Below, in pieces: positions 1 through 7,953 of a stretch of 34,274 nt of DNA. The stretch is taken from NCBI GenBank assembly GCA_002726395.1, contig PBTA01000066.1:18166-52439 (forward strand), given 5' to 3'. Source of the DNA: Methanobacteriota archaeon (lineage in GTDB: Archaea; Thermoplasmatota; Poseidoniia; Poseidoniales; Poseidoniaceae). The notes under the pieces are model-generated. The model saw nothing but the letters and a program-made list of their open reading frames with translations. It did not search any database and was not told the origin of the DNA. Position 1 is the first letter of the stretch, and the number at the start of each line of letters is the position of its first letter. The position numbers and the translations under genes were made by a program.

Positions 1-1623
1 GGTTCAGTGATTGGTAGAATTATGGGTATGCGGCAGGATTTACGACAATATGGTAAATCGATTAGCCCCTTAATTGCCAAAAAAGTCGCTCAAGCCAATA
101 ATTTAGCCGGCGATAAAGGCCTTGATTATTTGCGCACCATATTAGAAGATGAAGCACCTCACTTACTAGAAGAAAGAGAAAAACAAACCCGAAGAGAAGG
201 GTTACCTGAATTAAGTTCAGCACAAAAAGGCAAAGTTGTGCTGCGTTTTGCCCCCAATCCAAATGGCCCGTTATCTTTTGGTCACGCACGTGGAATTATT
301 ATCAATGGTGAATATGCTAAAGAGTATGATGGTGAACTAATATTACGATTTGATGACACAGATACTACAGTAAAACCTCCTCTACCCGAAGCCTATGGAA
401 TTATTGAACAAGAAGCTGAATGGTTACTTGGTTTCAAGCCGCATCGAATTGTAATAGCCAGTAATCGAATCAAAGAATATTATGAGCATGTAGACATTAT
501 GCTTGATGGAAATTTTGGCTATGTTTGTCAATGTAGTGCTGATGAATTTAGGGAATTCAGAGTTAGTAAAACAAATTGTCCTTGCAGAGATAATGATGTT
601 AAACTAAATGTCGAATTGTGGAATAAAATGCTTGATGGAACATTTGTTCCAGGTGATGCTGTTGTTCGGGTAAAAACTGATATGACCCTAAAAAATCCTG
701 CACTACGAGATTGGCCAGCCCTAAGAATTCAAGACACAACAAAGAATCCACACCCAAGAAAAGAAATTGGTTCAAAGTACCGTGTTTGGCCGCTGTTAGA
801 TTTCCAAAGTGCGGTAGAAGATTACTTGCAGGGGGTAACCCATATTATTCGAGGAAAAGATCTCATGGATTCAACACGTAAACAGACATTACTTTACCAG
901 CACTTCGGATGGGATTATCCTGAAACAATGTACTGGGGAAGGGTCAAAGTTCACGAATGGGGTGGATTTTCTACTTCTCAAATGCGCAAAGACATCGAAT
1001 CAGGAAAATTCACTGGGTGGTCTGATCCACGATTACCGACAATTGCAGGCCTTAGTGGAACCGGTATCCAAGCCGAGGCTTTGCGTAATTTCTGGGTAGA
1101 ATTAGGAGTGACTCAGAAAGATATATCTGTACCGTTAAGTTCACTTTATTCTCATAACACTAAGATTATTGATGATGATGCACCAAGAATTTCCTTTATC
1201 AGAAATCCAGTTTTACTGAAATTATCTGGTGGCGAACAGCGCAGTATTGAGATCCCAACCCATCCGAATTTCCCGACAATGGGAAGTCGCAAAATCAGCT
1301 TAATATCCCAACAAGTGTTAATTGAATCAACAGATTATGGTGAAAATCAATTAAGGTTGAAGGAATTTGCAGACTTTGATATTTCTGAAAACTCTGCAAC
1401 CTTTGTGTCGCAAGAGAGAAGTGATACTCGCAAGATTATCCATTGGGCATCTGTTGACACATCTAGTAAAGCTACTTTGAAGATGGTTGCGAATGGTGAA
1501 ATTATCGAAATTGAAGGTGTATTAGAGCACCATAGTTTATCCAAAGGAGACATTGTACAAATTGAACGTATTGGTTACGGTGTTATTGGTGAAGATAATA
1601 CTATAATATTCACCCATGACTAG
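1..1623 (+). CDS. gltX: Glutamate--tRNA ligase (archaeal GluRS), 5'-truncated by the window edge
   Basis: RFAPNPNGPLSFGHARG (HIGH region), LRFDDTD, YVCQC...CPCR Zn site, GVTHIIRGKD, FSTS (KMSKS equivalent), GWSDPRLPT, C-terminal QIERIGY. The frame is open back to base 1 (GGT TCA GTG), so the true start lies upstream. Confidence 0.97.
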   Translation, partial: GSVIGRIMGMRQDLRQYGKSISPLIAKKVAQANNLAGDKGLDYLRTILEDEAPHLLEEREKQTRREGLPELSSAQKGKVVLRFAPNPNGPLSFGHARGIIINGEYAKEYDGELILRFDDTDTTVKPPLPEAYGIIEQEAEWLLGFKPHRIVIASNRIKEYYEHVDIMLDGNFGYVCQCSADEFREFRVSKTNCPCRDNDVKLNVELWNKMLDGTFVPGDAVVRVKTDMTLKNPALRDWPALRIQDTTKNPHPRKEIGSKYRVWPLLDFQSAVEDYLQGVTHIIRGKDLMDSTRKQTLLYQHFGWDYPETMYWGRVKVHEWGGFSTSQMRKDIESGKFTGWSDPRLPTIAGLSGTGIQAEALRNFWVELGVTQKDISVPLSSLYSHNTKIIDDDAPRISFIRNPVLLKLSGGEQRSIEIPTHPNFPTMGSRKISLISQQVLIESTDYGENQLRLKEFADFDISENSATFVSQERSDTRKIIHWASVDTSSKATLKMVANGEIIEIEGVLEHHSLSKGDIVQIERIGYGVIGEDNTIIFTHD

Positions 1624-1658
1624 AAACTATCAAAATGCAGTAGCCTTACAGGTTAACT

Positions 1659-2078
1659 ATGGCTAGTAATGATAAGACAGTTGCCGATTTAGACTTAAAT
1701 GATGAACACATCACCGCAGGCCTTGAAGATAGCCTTCAAGAAGCGGCTAAACGCTTACTAACCGTGCCAGGTGGAATATTAGTAATTCTTGATGACCATT
1801 CACGGGTGAAGGGGGTTATTGGCCACAAACAGATACTCACTGCGATAGTCAAAGGTGCAGAACCGAGTAATACCAAATGTAGTGATTATATGGAAATGGA
1901 TTTTATGGAAATTCAGCACGACCAAACACTTTCCAAGGTGCTAAAACAGATAAAACAAAGAACGCCACAAGCCGTTGTTTCAGTTGACGAAAATGGGGAA
2001 TTTAGTGGTTATTTTTCACCCTCAGATTATATGGAAAGTAAGTCATTAGTAAAATCGTTGAAGAGTTTAAAACTCTGA
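1659..2078 (+). CDS. Stand-alone CBS-pair (Bateman) domain protein
   Basis: Two CBS-like units: 'DSLQEAAKRL...LVILDDHSRVKGVI' and 'QTLSKVLKQI...VVSVDENGEFSGYFSPSD'. Confidence 0.8.
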   Translation: MASNDKTVADLDLNDEHITAGLEDSLQEAAKRLLTVPGGILVILDDHSRVKGVIGHKQILTAIVKGAEPSNTKCSDYMEMDFMEIQHDQTLSKVLKQIKQRTPQAVVSVDENGEFSGYFSPSDYMESKSLVKSLKSLKL

Positions 2079-4148
2079 TTAACCAACTATTTTTATTGTT
2101 TTCCCACACCCACTACAGGCTATTTTTAATGGCCTCTCATCGCTGGTGACTGGAATTTTGGTATCACATGCTGGGCAGCCAACAACTGGAACATCTATCG
2201 TGACTTCTGGCTTCTCATCAACTTCATTTAATTGCAACCGTCTAGGGCTGACTAGCGCAGTAAGTAACCATAATCCCGAAGTTACTGCTGAAGAGCCAAT
2301 CACAAACAATTCAGGATATGAAAAGAAGTAAATTAGTGCAACAATTGGTAGTAATACTAGTTCCAACATTAGGAACCTGCGATGTTTATTCTTAGTCATT
2401 GAAAGAGAGATGATAAGACCAAAAGAAATTATGATCAACGTGATTATGGTTAATGGCATTGGTGTGGAGATTAAGCCTTTACTTGGTTGGATGTAGAATG
2501 AAAATTCTTCATCAAGACTCATTGATGTACCTTCAACCTTGATTACTTCACCCCATGGGTACCTAGAATGGGAAAATGAAAGATCGTCTGTCTCCAATAA
2601 ATCAGCAGTTCCAAAGGAGGTGGTAATTGACGACTTAGCCTCTAATTTGAACGCATATGATTGCCAAAGTGGTGCACTTTGAGTAGATGTGAAGCTGCTT
2701 ACAAGATCAAATCGCTCTCCATCTTGCACTGTTTGAAGTGTAGAAAATGTCAAACTCAAGGGGTGATAAATAACTCGATCTTCACCCTTTAAATCAAGAG
2801 ATATTGAAATCGTATCAAAATCAGTCGAATCACCAATCAAATCTGAACTGTCAAGTTGCATGCCGTTTATGTCAGACATATAGGTTCGATATCTTTTACT
2901 CATCTCTCTTTCAAACTGCTCTAGTTCTACATTTTCAATACTACGACTTTCCCGGTCTTCATCAGCTACCCCGCCAGGACTCCAACCATAAAACACTGAA
3001 TTAGTTGATAGATCGTTATCTCCGATATGATCCATTCCCCATCTCATCCAGTAAGCCATTTCACCATCAATTTCCAAAGTAGTAGTCCTTGATAATTTCA
3101 AATTACCATCATCAATAGCAAGGTCGACAATTTGGGTAATGGTTAGTGGGCTTCCGCTTCCTCCGGTTCGCAGTGGTTCATTATCGGGATAGAATGTGCC
3201 TGTTCCTCCGCCGGTATCTGAGGTTTCAATTGTGAACTGTGCTGAGCCCTCAATCAATGGACCTCCATCTTGAAAATTTAGTCTTACACTGACCTGAATT
3301 GACTGTTCGCCACCTGACGCTTCAGTCCATGTCCAAGTAACTACAATCGAATCTCCACTCTGCGTTTTAATGGGCTCTCCAGGCACTTCTTGATTGTCTA
3401 CAGATAATTCAATAGATTCTGAATATGCAAGAGCATCAAGACCAAATGGCGAATCAATAATTACCGAAATATAGGCATCACTGCCTTCAATTTCCGGCTC
3501 ATCTATGGACAATTCCATCAAAGGTATATCTGCTGTTATCTTTGAGTCAAAGTCTGTAGAACCCCATAGAAATTCTAACTCAGCATTACCGCCTGGAACG
3601 CTAAAAATTACTGAACGTGCGCTAAGAACCAATTCTATTTCACTAGACGAGGACACTGACATTTCATCAACCGGTATTGAAAACTCGATTGTTCCCTCAC
3701 CTTGTGTCAGTACAGATGAATCAATATTTGTTGAATCCGAGAATGTTTGTGAGCCAATCTTGATTGTTGCAGTGGCGTTAATTTGGGCGCCACCTGCATC
3801 TGTTACCCGGTAATTCATGATCAAATTCCAATTTGATTCGGGTATTGAACCTGGCCAAACTTTACCCATGCTCCAAACACCTACCTCTTCTTGGGATGTT
3901 ATTGAGTTGGTAATCAATGCATTACTTGCTTCGTCTTCTAATAATTGAGAAAAAGGCGTAAGTGTACCACTTGAACCACCAATTAGGTACAAATCTACAT
4001 CATGAGAATCTTCACAACATACCACCACTGATTCTGCTTCGACTACACCAGAAAGTTGCGATGAAAATGGTAAAGAAATCATCAATAAGACCAGGGTTAA
4101 CTGAACTATTCTTGTCGACAAACCTCTCACCACATCAACGCCAATCAT
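2079..4148 (-). CDS. Membrane protein: signal peptide, large acidic extracellular region, ~3 C-terminal TM helices, cytoplasmic Zn-ribbon
   Basis: Hydrophobic N-terminus (LTLVLLMISLPF); three hydrophobic segments near the C-terminus; terminal CPAC...CSGC. The start could instead be GTG at 4130. Confidence 0.8.
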   Translation of the reverse strand: MIGVDVVRGLSTRIVQLTLVLLMISLPFSSQLSGVVEAESVVVCCEDSHDVDLYLIGGSSGTLTPFSQLLEDEASNALITNSITSQEEVGVWSMGKVWPGSIPESNWNLIMNYRVTDAGGAQINATATIKIGSQTFSDSTNIDSSVLTQGEGTIEFSIPVDEMSVSSSSEIELVLSARSVIFSVPGGNAELEFLWGSTDFDSKITADIPLMELSIDEPEIEGSDAYISVIIDSPFGLDALAYSESIELSVDNQEVPGEPIKTQSGDSIVVTWTWTEASGGEQSIQVSVRLNFQDGGPLIEGSAQFTIETSDTGGGTGTFYPDNEPLRTGGSGSPLTITQIVDLAIDDGNLKLSRTTTLEIDGEMAYWMRWGMDHIGDNDLSTNSVFYGWSPGGVADEDRESRSIENVELEQFEREMSKRYRTYMSDINGMQLDSSDLIGDSTDFDTISISLDLKGEDRVIYHPLSLTFSTLQTVQDGERFDLVSSFTSTQSAPLWQSYAFKLEAKSSITTSFGTADLLETDDLSFSHSRYPWGEVIKVEGTSMSLDEEFSFYIQPSKGLISTPMPLTIITLIIISFGLIISLSMTKNKHRRFLMLELVLLPIVALIYFFSYPELFVIGSSAVTSGLWLLTALVSPRRLQLNEVDEKPEVTIDVPVVGCPACDTKIPVTSDERPLKIACSGCGKTIKIVG

Positions 4149-4218
4149 TCATGGCTCATAATTTACTCTACTACATGAAGCCAATTATGAGTATTACATG
4201 CAATTTAGATATCTTCCG

Positions 4219-4569
4219 TCAAAGGGCTTTTTCTAACAGAGCACCCAGTTCTTTTTCAAATAATGAGACCAAGGCCTCACCGACTTCGCCCTGTAAATCG
4301 TCAGGTAGTAATCTAAGCCCAAGTCTTGTAGCGGCTCTTGTTGCCTTAAGTTCCGCGTAAATAGAGCGGGCTTTGGATTGGAAATAATAAGACACAGCAT
4401 CTTTTATTTCACTTTTCAATTCTGGATCAGCATCGACTTTATTGCGGATATGGGTCTTTAATTCATCTTTGACAAGGTCCCTAAATGCCTCAATAACTAA
4501 ATCTTCGGTAGAAAGTAGTTCCTTGATTTGGTCTTTGATACTTCCAGTTAGTAATCTCTCTATTGCCAT
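4219..4569 (-). CDS. Conserved hypothetical all-helical protein (116 aa)
   Basis: ATG start, amphipathic helical composition, fills the gap co-directionally within the rps15 cluster. Function not recognised. Confidence 0.75.
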   Translation of the reverse strand: MAIERLLTGSIKDQIKELLSTEDLVIEAFRDLVKDELKTHIRNKVDADPELKSEIKDAVSYYFQSKARSIYAELKATRAATRLGLRLLPDDLQGEVGEALVSLFEKELGALLEKAL

Positions 4570-4612
4570 GACCTACCCACACAGCCATATGGTTTCAATT
4601 CATCGACAAATG

Positions 4613-5512
4613 TCACATTAACTGACCTGAGGTAATTAATTGCTTCAAGAGGTTAGATGCGAATACTTTGCCTTCTCCATTTTCTTCTGGCCATGCTTGT
4701 TGGGTAGTGTAAATTTGTGAGTGCAAATCTTGTTGCTCATTGCCAGTAACAATCCTATACCAAATTAATTCCTCAAGTCTTGGAGTTGATAGCTTGTCAT
4801 TAGAAAGGCAAGGTAAAGCTAGTTCACTAAGCGCCTGTTGACGTTGTTCATAGCCCATTTTTGACCATTTCTTGGCTAGCCTTTTCAGCATTGAGGCGGA
4901 CATATTTGGTAACATGCCGATATCTGGGTCTGTTATTTCAGGTAAAGGCAACAAACGAATTGAACCCTCATCTTGTAAGATATCTCTAATTTTGGTATAG
5001 ACGGGGTCATAAGAATTGTCTAATGACTCCCGAAGCCAATGACCGACTCCAGATAATGACCTTAACCTTCTAACTCTTGTTCCATTAGGGCATATTTCAG
5101 AGGCGATTGCAGCACACTGAATAACTACATCAAGCGCCCCATTGTGGGCTTTATCGGAGTTCGGGTGATTTACTGAAATGGCTAATGGGACGATACGCAT
5201 CCTAAGTGATTCATCAATTTCTTCCGATTGCCAAGTGTCCTCATAATGCTCAATACTAATTATTAAATCAGCTTTTGATTGGTAATCGTATTCATCACCT
5301 TTTGGTTGATGTATTTTGGATTGTAGAATTTTTCTGCTATAAGGCACATTAGCATCGATCATTGCGGATTCCAAGTATGCAAGAGAGAGAATGCTTTCAA
5401 AATCTGCTGTAGCAAATATGGCAACACTATTAGCAGATTTTATTTTTTCAACTAACGAATTGATTCTAATTTTGACATCACGAAACAAGTTTGTTTCTAG
5501 AATATCATTCAT
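4613..5512 (-). CDS. Degenerate DHH/RecJ-family (GAN-like) protein, apparently lacking catalytic motifs
   Basis: Immediately downstream of rps15, where archaeal GAN/RecJ usually lies. N-terminal 'VAIFATADFESILSLAYLESAM' resembles DHH motif I (DADG) in degenerate form. There is no DHH triad. The family call rests on synteny plus weak resemblance. Confidence 0.6.
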   Translation of the reverse strand: MNDILETNLFRDVKIRINSLVEKIKSANSVAIFATADFESILSLAYLESAMIDANVPYSRKILQSKIHQPKGDEYDYQSKADLIISIEHYEDTWQSEEIDESLRMRIVPLAISVNHPNSDKAHNGALDVVIQCAAIASEICPNGTRVRRLRSLSGVGHWLRESLDNSYDPVYTKIRDILQDEGSIRLLPLPEITDPDIGMLPNMSASMLKRLAKKWSKMGYEQRQQALSELALPCLSNDKLSTPRLEELIWYRIVTGNEQQDLHSQIYTTQQAWPEENGEGKVFASNLLKQLITSGQLM

Positions 5513-5562
5513 CGCTATCAGTTAGCCTATGAAGCCAGTTGTTATTCAATCTCTCGATAAAT

Positions 5563-6021
5563 TTACTCGACCATTAGTCTGAGTTCATCTCTCTTGTAAC
5601 GCCAATCTGTCGGCAGTTTGCCTTCAGAGATGTAGTAATTAGCCAATCGCCTAATCTTTGATTCGGTTATCTCAAGCGAACGCTTGTTGTGAATATCTTT
5701 GTGATTACCACTGCCTAGATGTTCGATGATTCTAGCCGCTTGACGCATGAGATTCATCATGTCTTCTGGGTAGGTGCCGCCGATATCATTTTCTGATAGA
5801 ATAGCACCAATTCTCTTACCAGTGACCAGTTTGACATTGGGAACCGCATGTTGGTCACGCAGGATGGTGCCAATTTGTGCAGTTGTATTGCCGGCTTTTC
5901 CGAGGTCAACAACTAGTTTAGTAACTTCATCAACGTTGGTATTAGACCACTCTGGAGCTGCAGTAACGTGGGGTTTCGATGAACCACTTTGGCCTTTTCT
6001 AGACTTGTACATACGTGCCAT
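5563..6021 (-). CDS. rps15: 30S ribosomal protein uS15 (S15P/S13e)
   Basis: MARMYKSRKGQSGS, IGTILRDQHAVP, PEDMMNLM, HKDIHNKRSL, ESKIRRLANYY, LPTDWRY. ATG at 6021 is preceded by an SD-like GAGTGA (6027-6032). Confidence 0.97.
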   Translation of the reverse strand: MARMYKSRKGQSGSSKPHVTAAPEWSNTNVDEVTKLVVDLGKAGNTTAQIGTILRDQHAVPNVKLVTGKRIGAILSENDIGGTYPEDMMNLMRQAARIIEHLGSGNHKDIHNKRSLEITESKIRRLANYYISEGKLPTDWRYKRDELRLMVE

Positions 6022-6097
6022 GTTAATCACTCAAGCATTCTGCCGACTTGCCTCTCATTATTAACCACTCCGCATGGTGACATACCACTCACTAAGA

Positions 6098-7873
6098 CTA
6101 GATTCTTTGATGGCCTTTAGCGACAATACCTGGAATTTTATCCCATTCCCAGCCAGAAGCAGTCGCCCTTGCCAATCCAATCGGCTGATTATTTTGCAGT
6201 ATTAGAACATCATCACCTGAGTTAATTCCCTCATCAAAAGATTCCACTATTGAGGCAAAGACATCTCCTTTCCACTTTATCGATGGTTTAATGGTAGCAG
6301 TTTTCAGTGAAGAATTCTCGGCAATGAGTTTGACGGATGATTTGGAAAGGGAAAATCCTCTGCGGTCATTAGACCATTGCGCTATTTGTTTGCCATCTAA
6401 TTCAATCTTCCAATAAGGTGGCTTACCACGTATTTTAACGCCCTCTAGCCAACGATCATTATTCATTTTGTATCTTGCCACACTCTGAAAGTTGTCGACC
6501 AATATACGATGGTGACGGCGATTTCGTGGGGATAAATCTTGATTTACCTTAGCCACTGCTTGGCGTAAATTATCAAGAGCGTCTCTAGAAGTAGCCGGCA
6601 AACCGTTCCTGGTCTCAATATACTTGATTCCATCCAGTTGGAAACTCATCGAAGAATGATTAATCACCGTATGATAATTATGTCGGGACAATAAGGCTTT
6701 GACCATTGCTTCGGATCTTGCAAATTCGTCAAGACTCCAATCTCCAGTCACTGGAATATCATAATGAGACGCAGGCCAGACCTCTTCTAAATCCCTAGGA
6801 ACAAGTCCAAGAGGCGAGGTAACCATTACCTCATGGTAACAACTTATTCCAATCGCATCCATAAATTTACGATGAGATTTAGACATTCTGTAAGGCTTCT
6901 TTGCTGAACATGGTAGCAGAATCAGTACATTATCAATACCGTTTGGCGCGACATAATCATTAGTCATGTAATCAACCCACTTGGTGATAATTGGATTTTC
7001 TAAAGAAATAGGAGAATTACAATGCAATATTGTGCTAGATTCCACATGAGAGATTCCTAGATTAGCATTGGTCAGACTCAATTTGTCGTGATGACGTAGA
7101 TGTTCTACAAGTTTTGGACTGTTTAGTGATTGTCGCTCTACTAAAGTTCTCAAAGTTCCACCTGCTAAGTGTGATTTAATTTCTTTTAGAGCATTATTCC
7201 ATTGACTAATTTGGCAACCCATTTCAGCACTATCATCAGTACCACTAACTAAATTTCTTGGCCCTGATTCTGTTAAGAGTAAATTAGCAGCCATACATTG
7301 CCTTGAACGGCTTAAATCAAATAAATCAACACCGAACCAAACCAATACTGCTGCATTATCTGGTCCTCCAAGGCCCGGTGTCCAAACTAAAGCCCCGGGG
7401 AAACGGTTTTTGATCACCGTCAAAGCACGAACTAACTTGTCTTTTTGAGCCGCTAATTGCACAGCATCAACTAGAACCACAATACTTGGTTGTAAATCAC
7501 TATCAGTTAACTTAGAATCATGATTTAGTCGTTGCCATGAAAGTGGCAAAAGTGCACCTGTCTCGGCTAATTCTCCGGCATCAGCTTCCTCTAAAGAAGG
7601 TGGCAAAACATGACCAATTTTCGCAGTAAATTTCGGAGATTCTTCTTGGAAATCTGGCGGCGAAAGTGGCAGTCTAGCATCGATAGTTAGAGTTGCCGGG
7701 ATTTCATTGTCTGTCGTGGTTAAAAATGGCGCTAATTTCACCGGAATTTCAGGGTCTCCATCCAATTGTATTAGGCAGGGAGTTGTCGCAGAAGGTACCT
7801 TTCTATCTCCTAGGCCCCAACTCCTAGCATACAGGTAGCGATGAATTACCGTCCGTCCTAATTCATTCGCCAT
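6098..7873 (-). CDS. arcS: Archaeosine synthase alpha subunit (TgtA2-type; TGT-like N-domain, DUF5591-like catalytic domain, C-terminal PUA)
   Basis: LVWFGVDLFD, GTLRTLVERQS, LLPCSAKKPYRMSKSH (catalytic Cys motif), HEVMVTSPLGLVPRDLE, HYDIPVTGDW, C-terminal PUA-like 'INSGDDVLIL...IGLARA'. Confidence 0.9.
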   Translation of the reverse strand: MANELGRTVIHRYLYARSWGLGDRKVPSATTPCLIQLDGDPEIPVKLAPFLTTTDNEIPATLTIDARLPLSPPDFQEESPKFTAKIGHVLPPSLEEADAGELAETGALLPLSWQRLNHDSKLTDSDLQPSIVVLVDAVQLAAQKDKLVRALTVIKNRFPGALVWTPGLGGPDNAAVLVWFGVDLFDLSRSRQCMAANLLLTESGPRNLVSGTDDSAEMGCQISQWNNALKEIKSHLAGGTLRTLVERQSLNSPKLVEHLRHHDKLSLTNANLGISHVESSTILHCNSPISLENPIITKWVDYMTNDYVAPNGIDNVLILLPCSAKKPYRMSKSHRKFMDAIGISCYHEVMVTSPLGLVPRDLEEVWPASHYDIPVTGDWSLDEFARSEAMVKALLSRHNYHTVINHSSMSFQLDGIKYIETRNGLPATSRDALDNLRQAVAKVNQDLSPRNRRHHRILVDNFQSVARYKMNNDRWLEGVKIRGKPPYWKIELDGKQIAQWSNDRRGFSLSKSSVKLIAENSSLKTATIKPSIKWKGDVFASIVESFDEGINSGDDVLILQNNQPIGLARATASGWEWDKIPGIVAKGHQRI

Positions 7874-7953
7874 ATTCAATCCTAATGCTATTCGTACAAG
7901 AATAATTCCTTCTAATCCCTAACTTCAAACATGACATCGAGTACGGCAAGGTG

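Noticed and set aside
238-300. GluRS HIGH motif reads SFGH and KMSKS reads FSTS
   Set aside because: Degenerate HIGH/KMSKS signatures are common in archaeal GluRS, and all other motifs are intact.
2076-2081. Zero-gap or overlapping convergent gene ends (2078/2079, 13976-13989, 15412-15430, 27256/27257)
   Set aside because: Explained by general genome compaction; no specific antisense signal is visible.
6098-7873. arcS without a neighbouring tgtA or radical-SAM RaSEA partner
   Set aside because: These genes are frequently unlinked in archaea.
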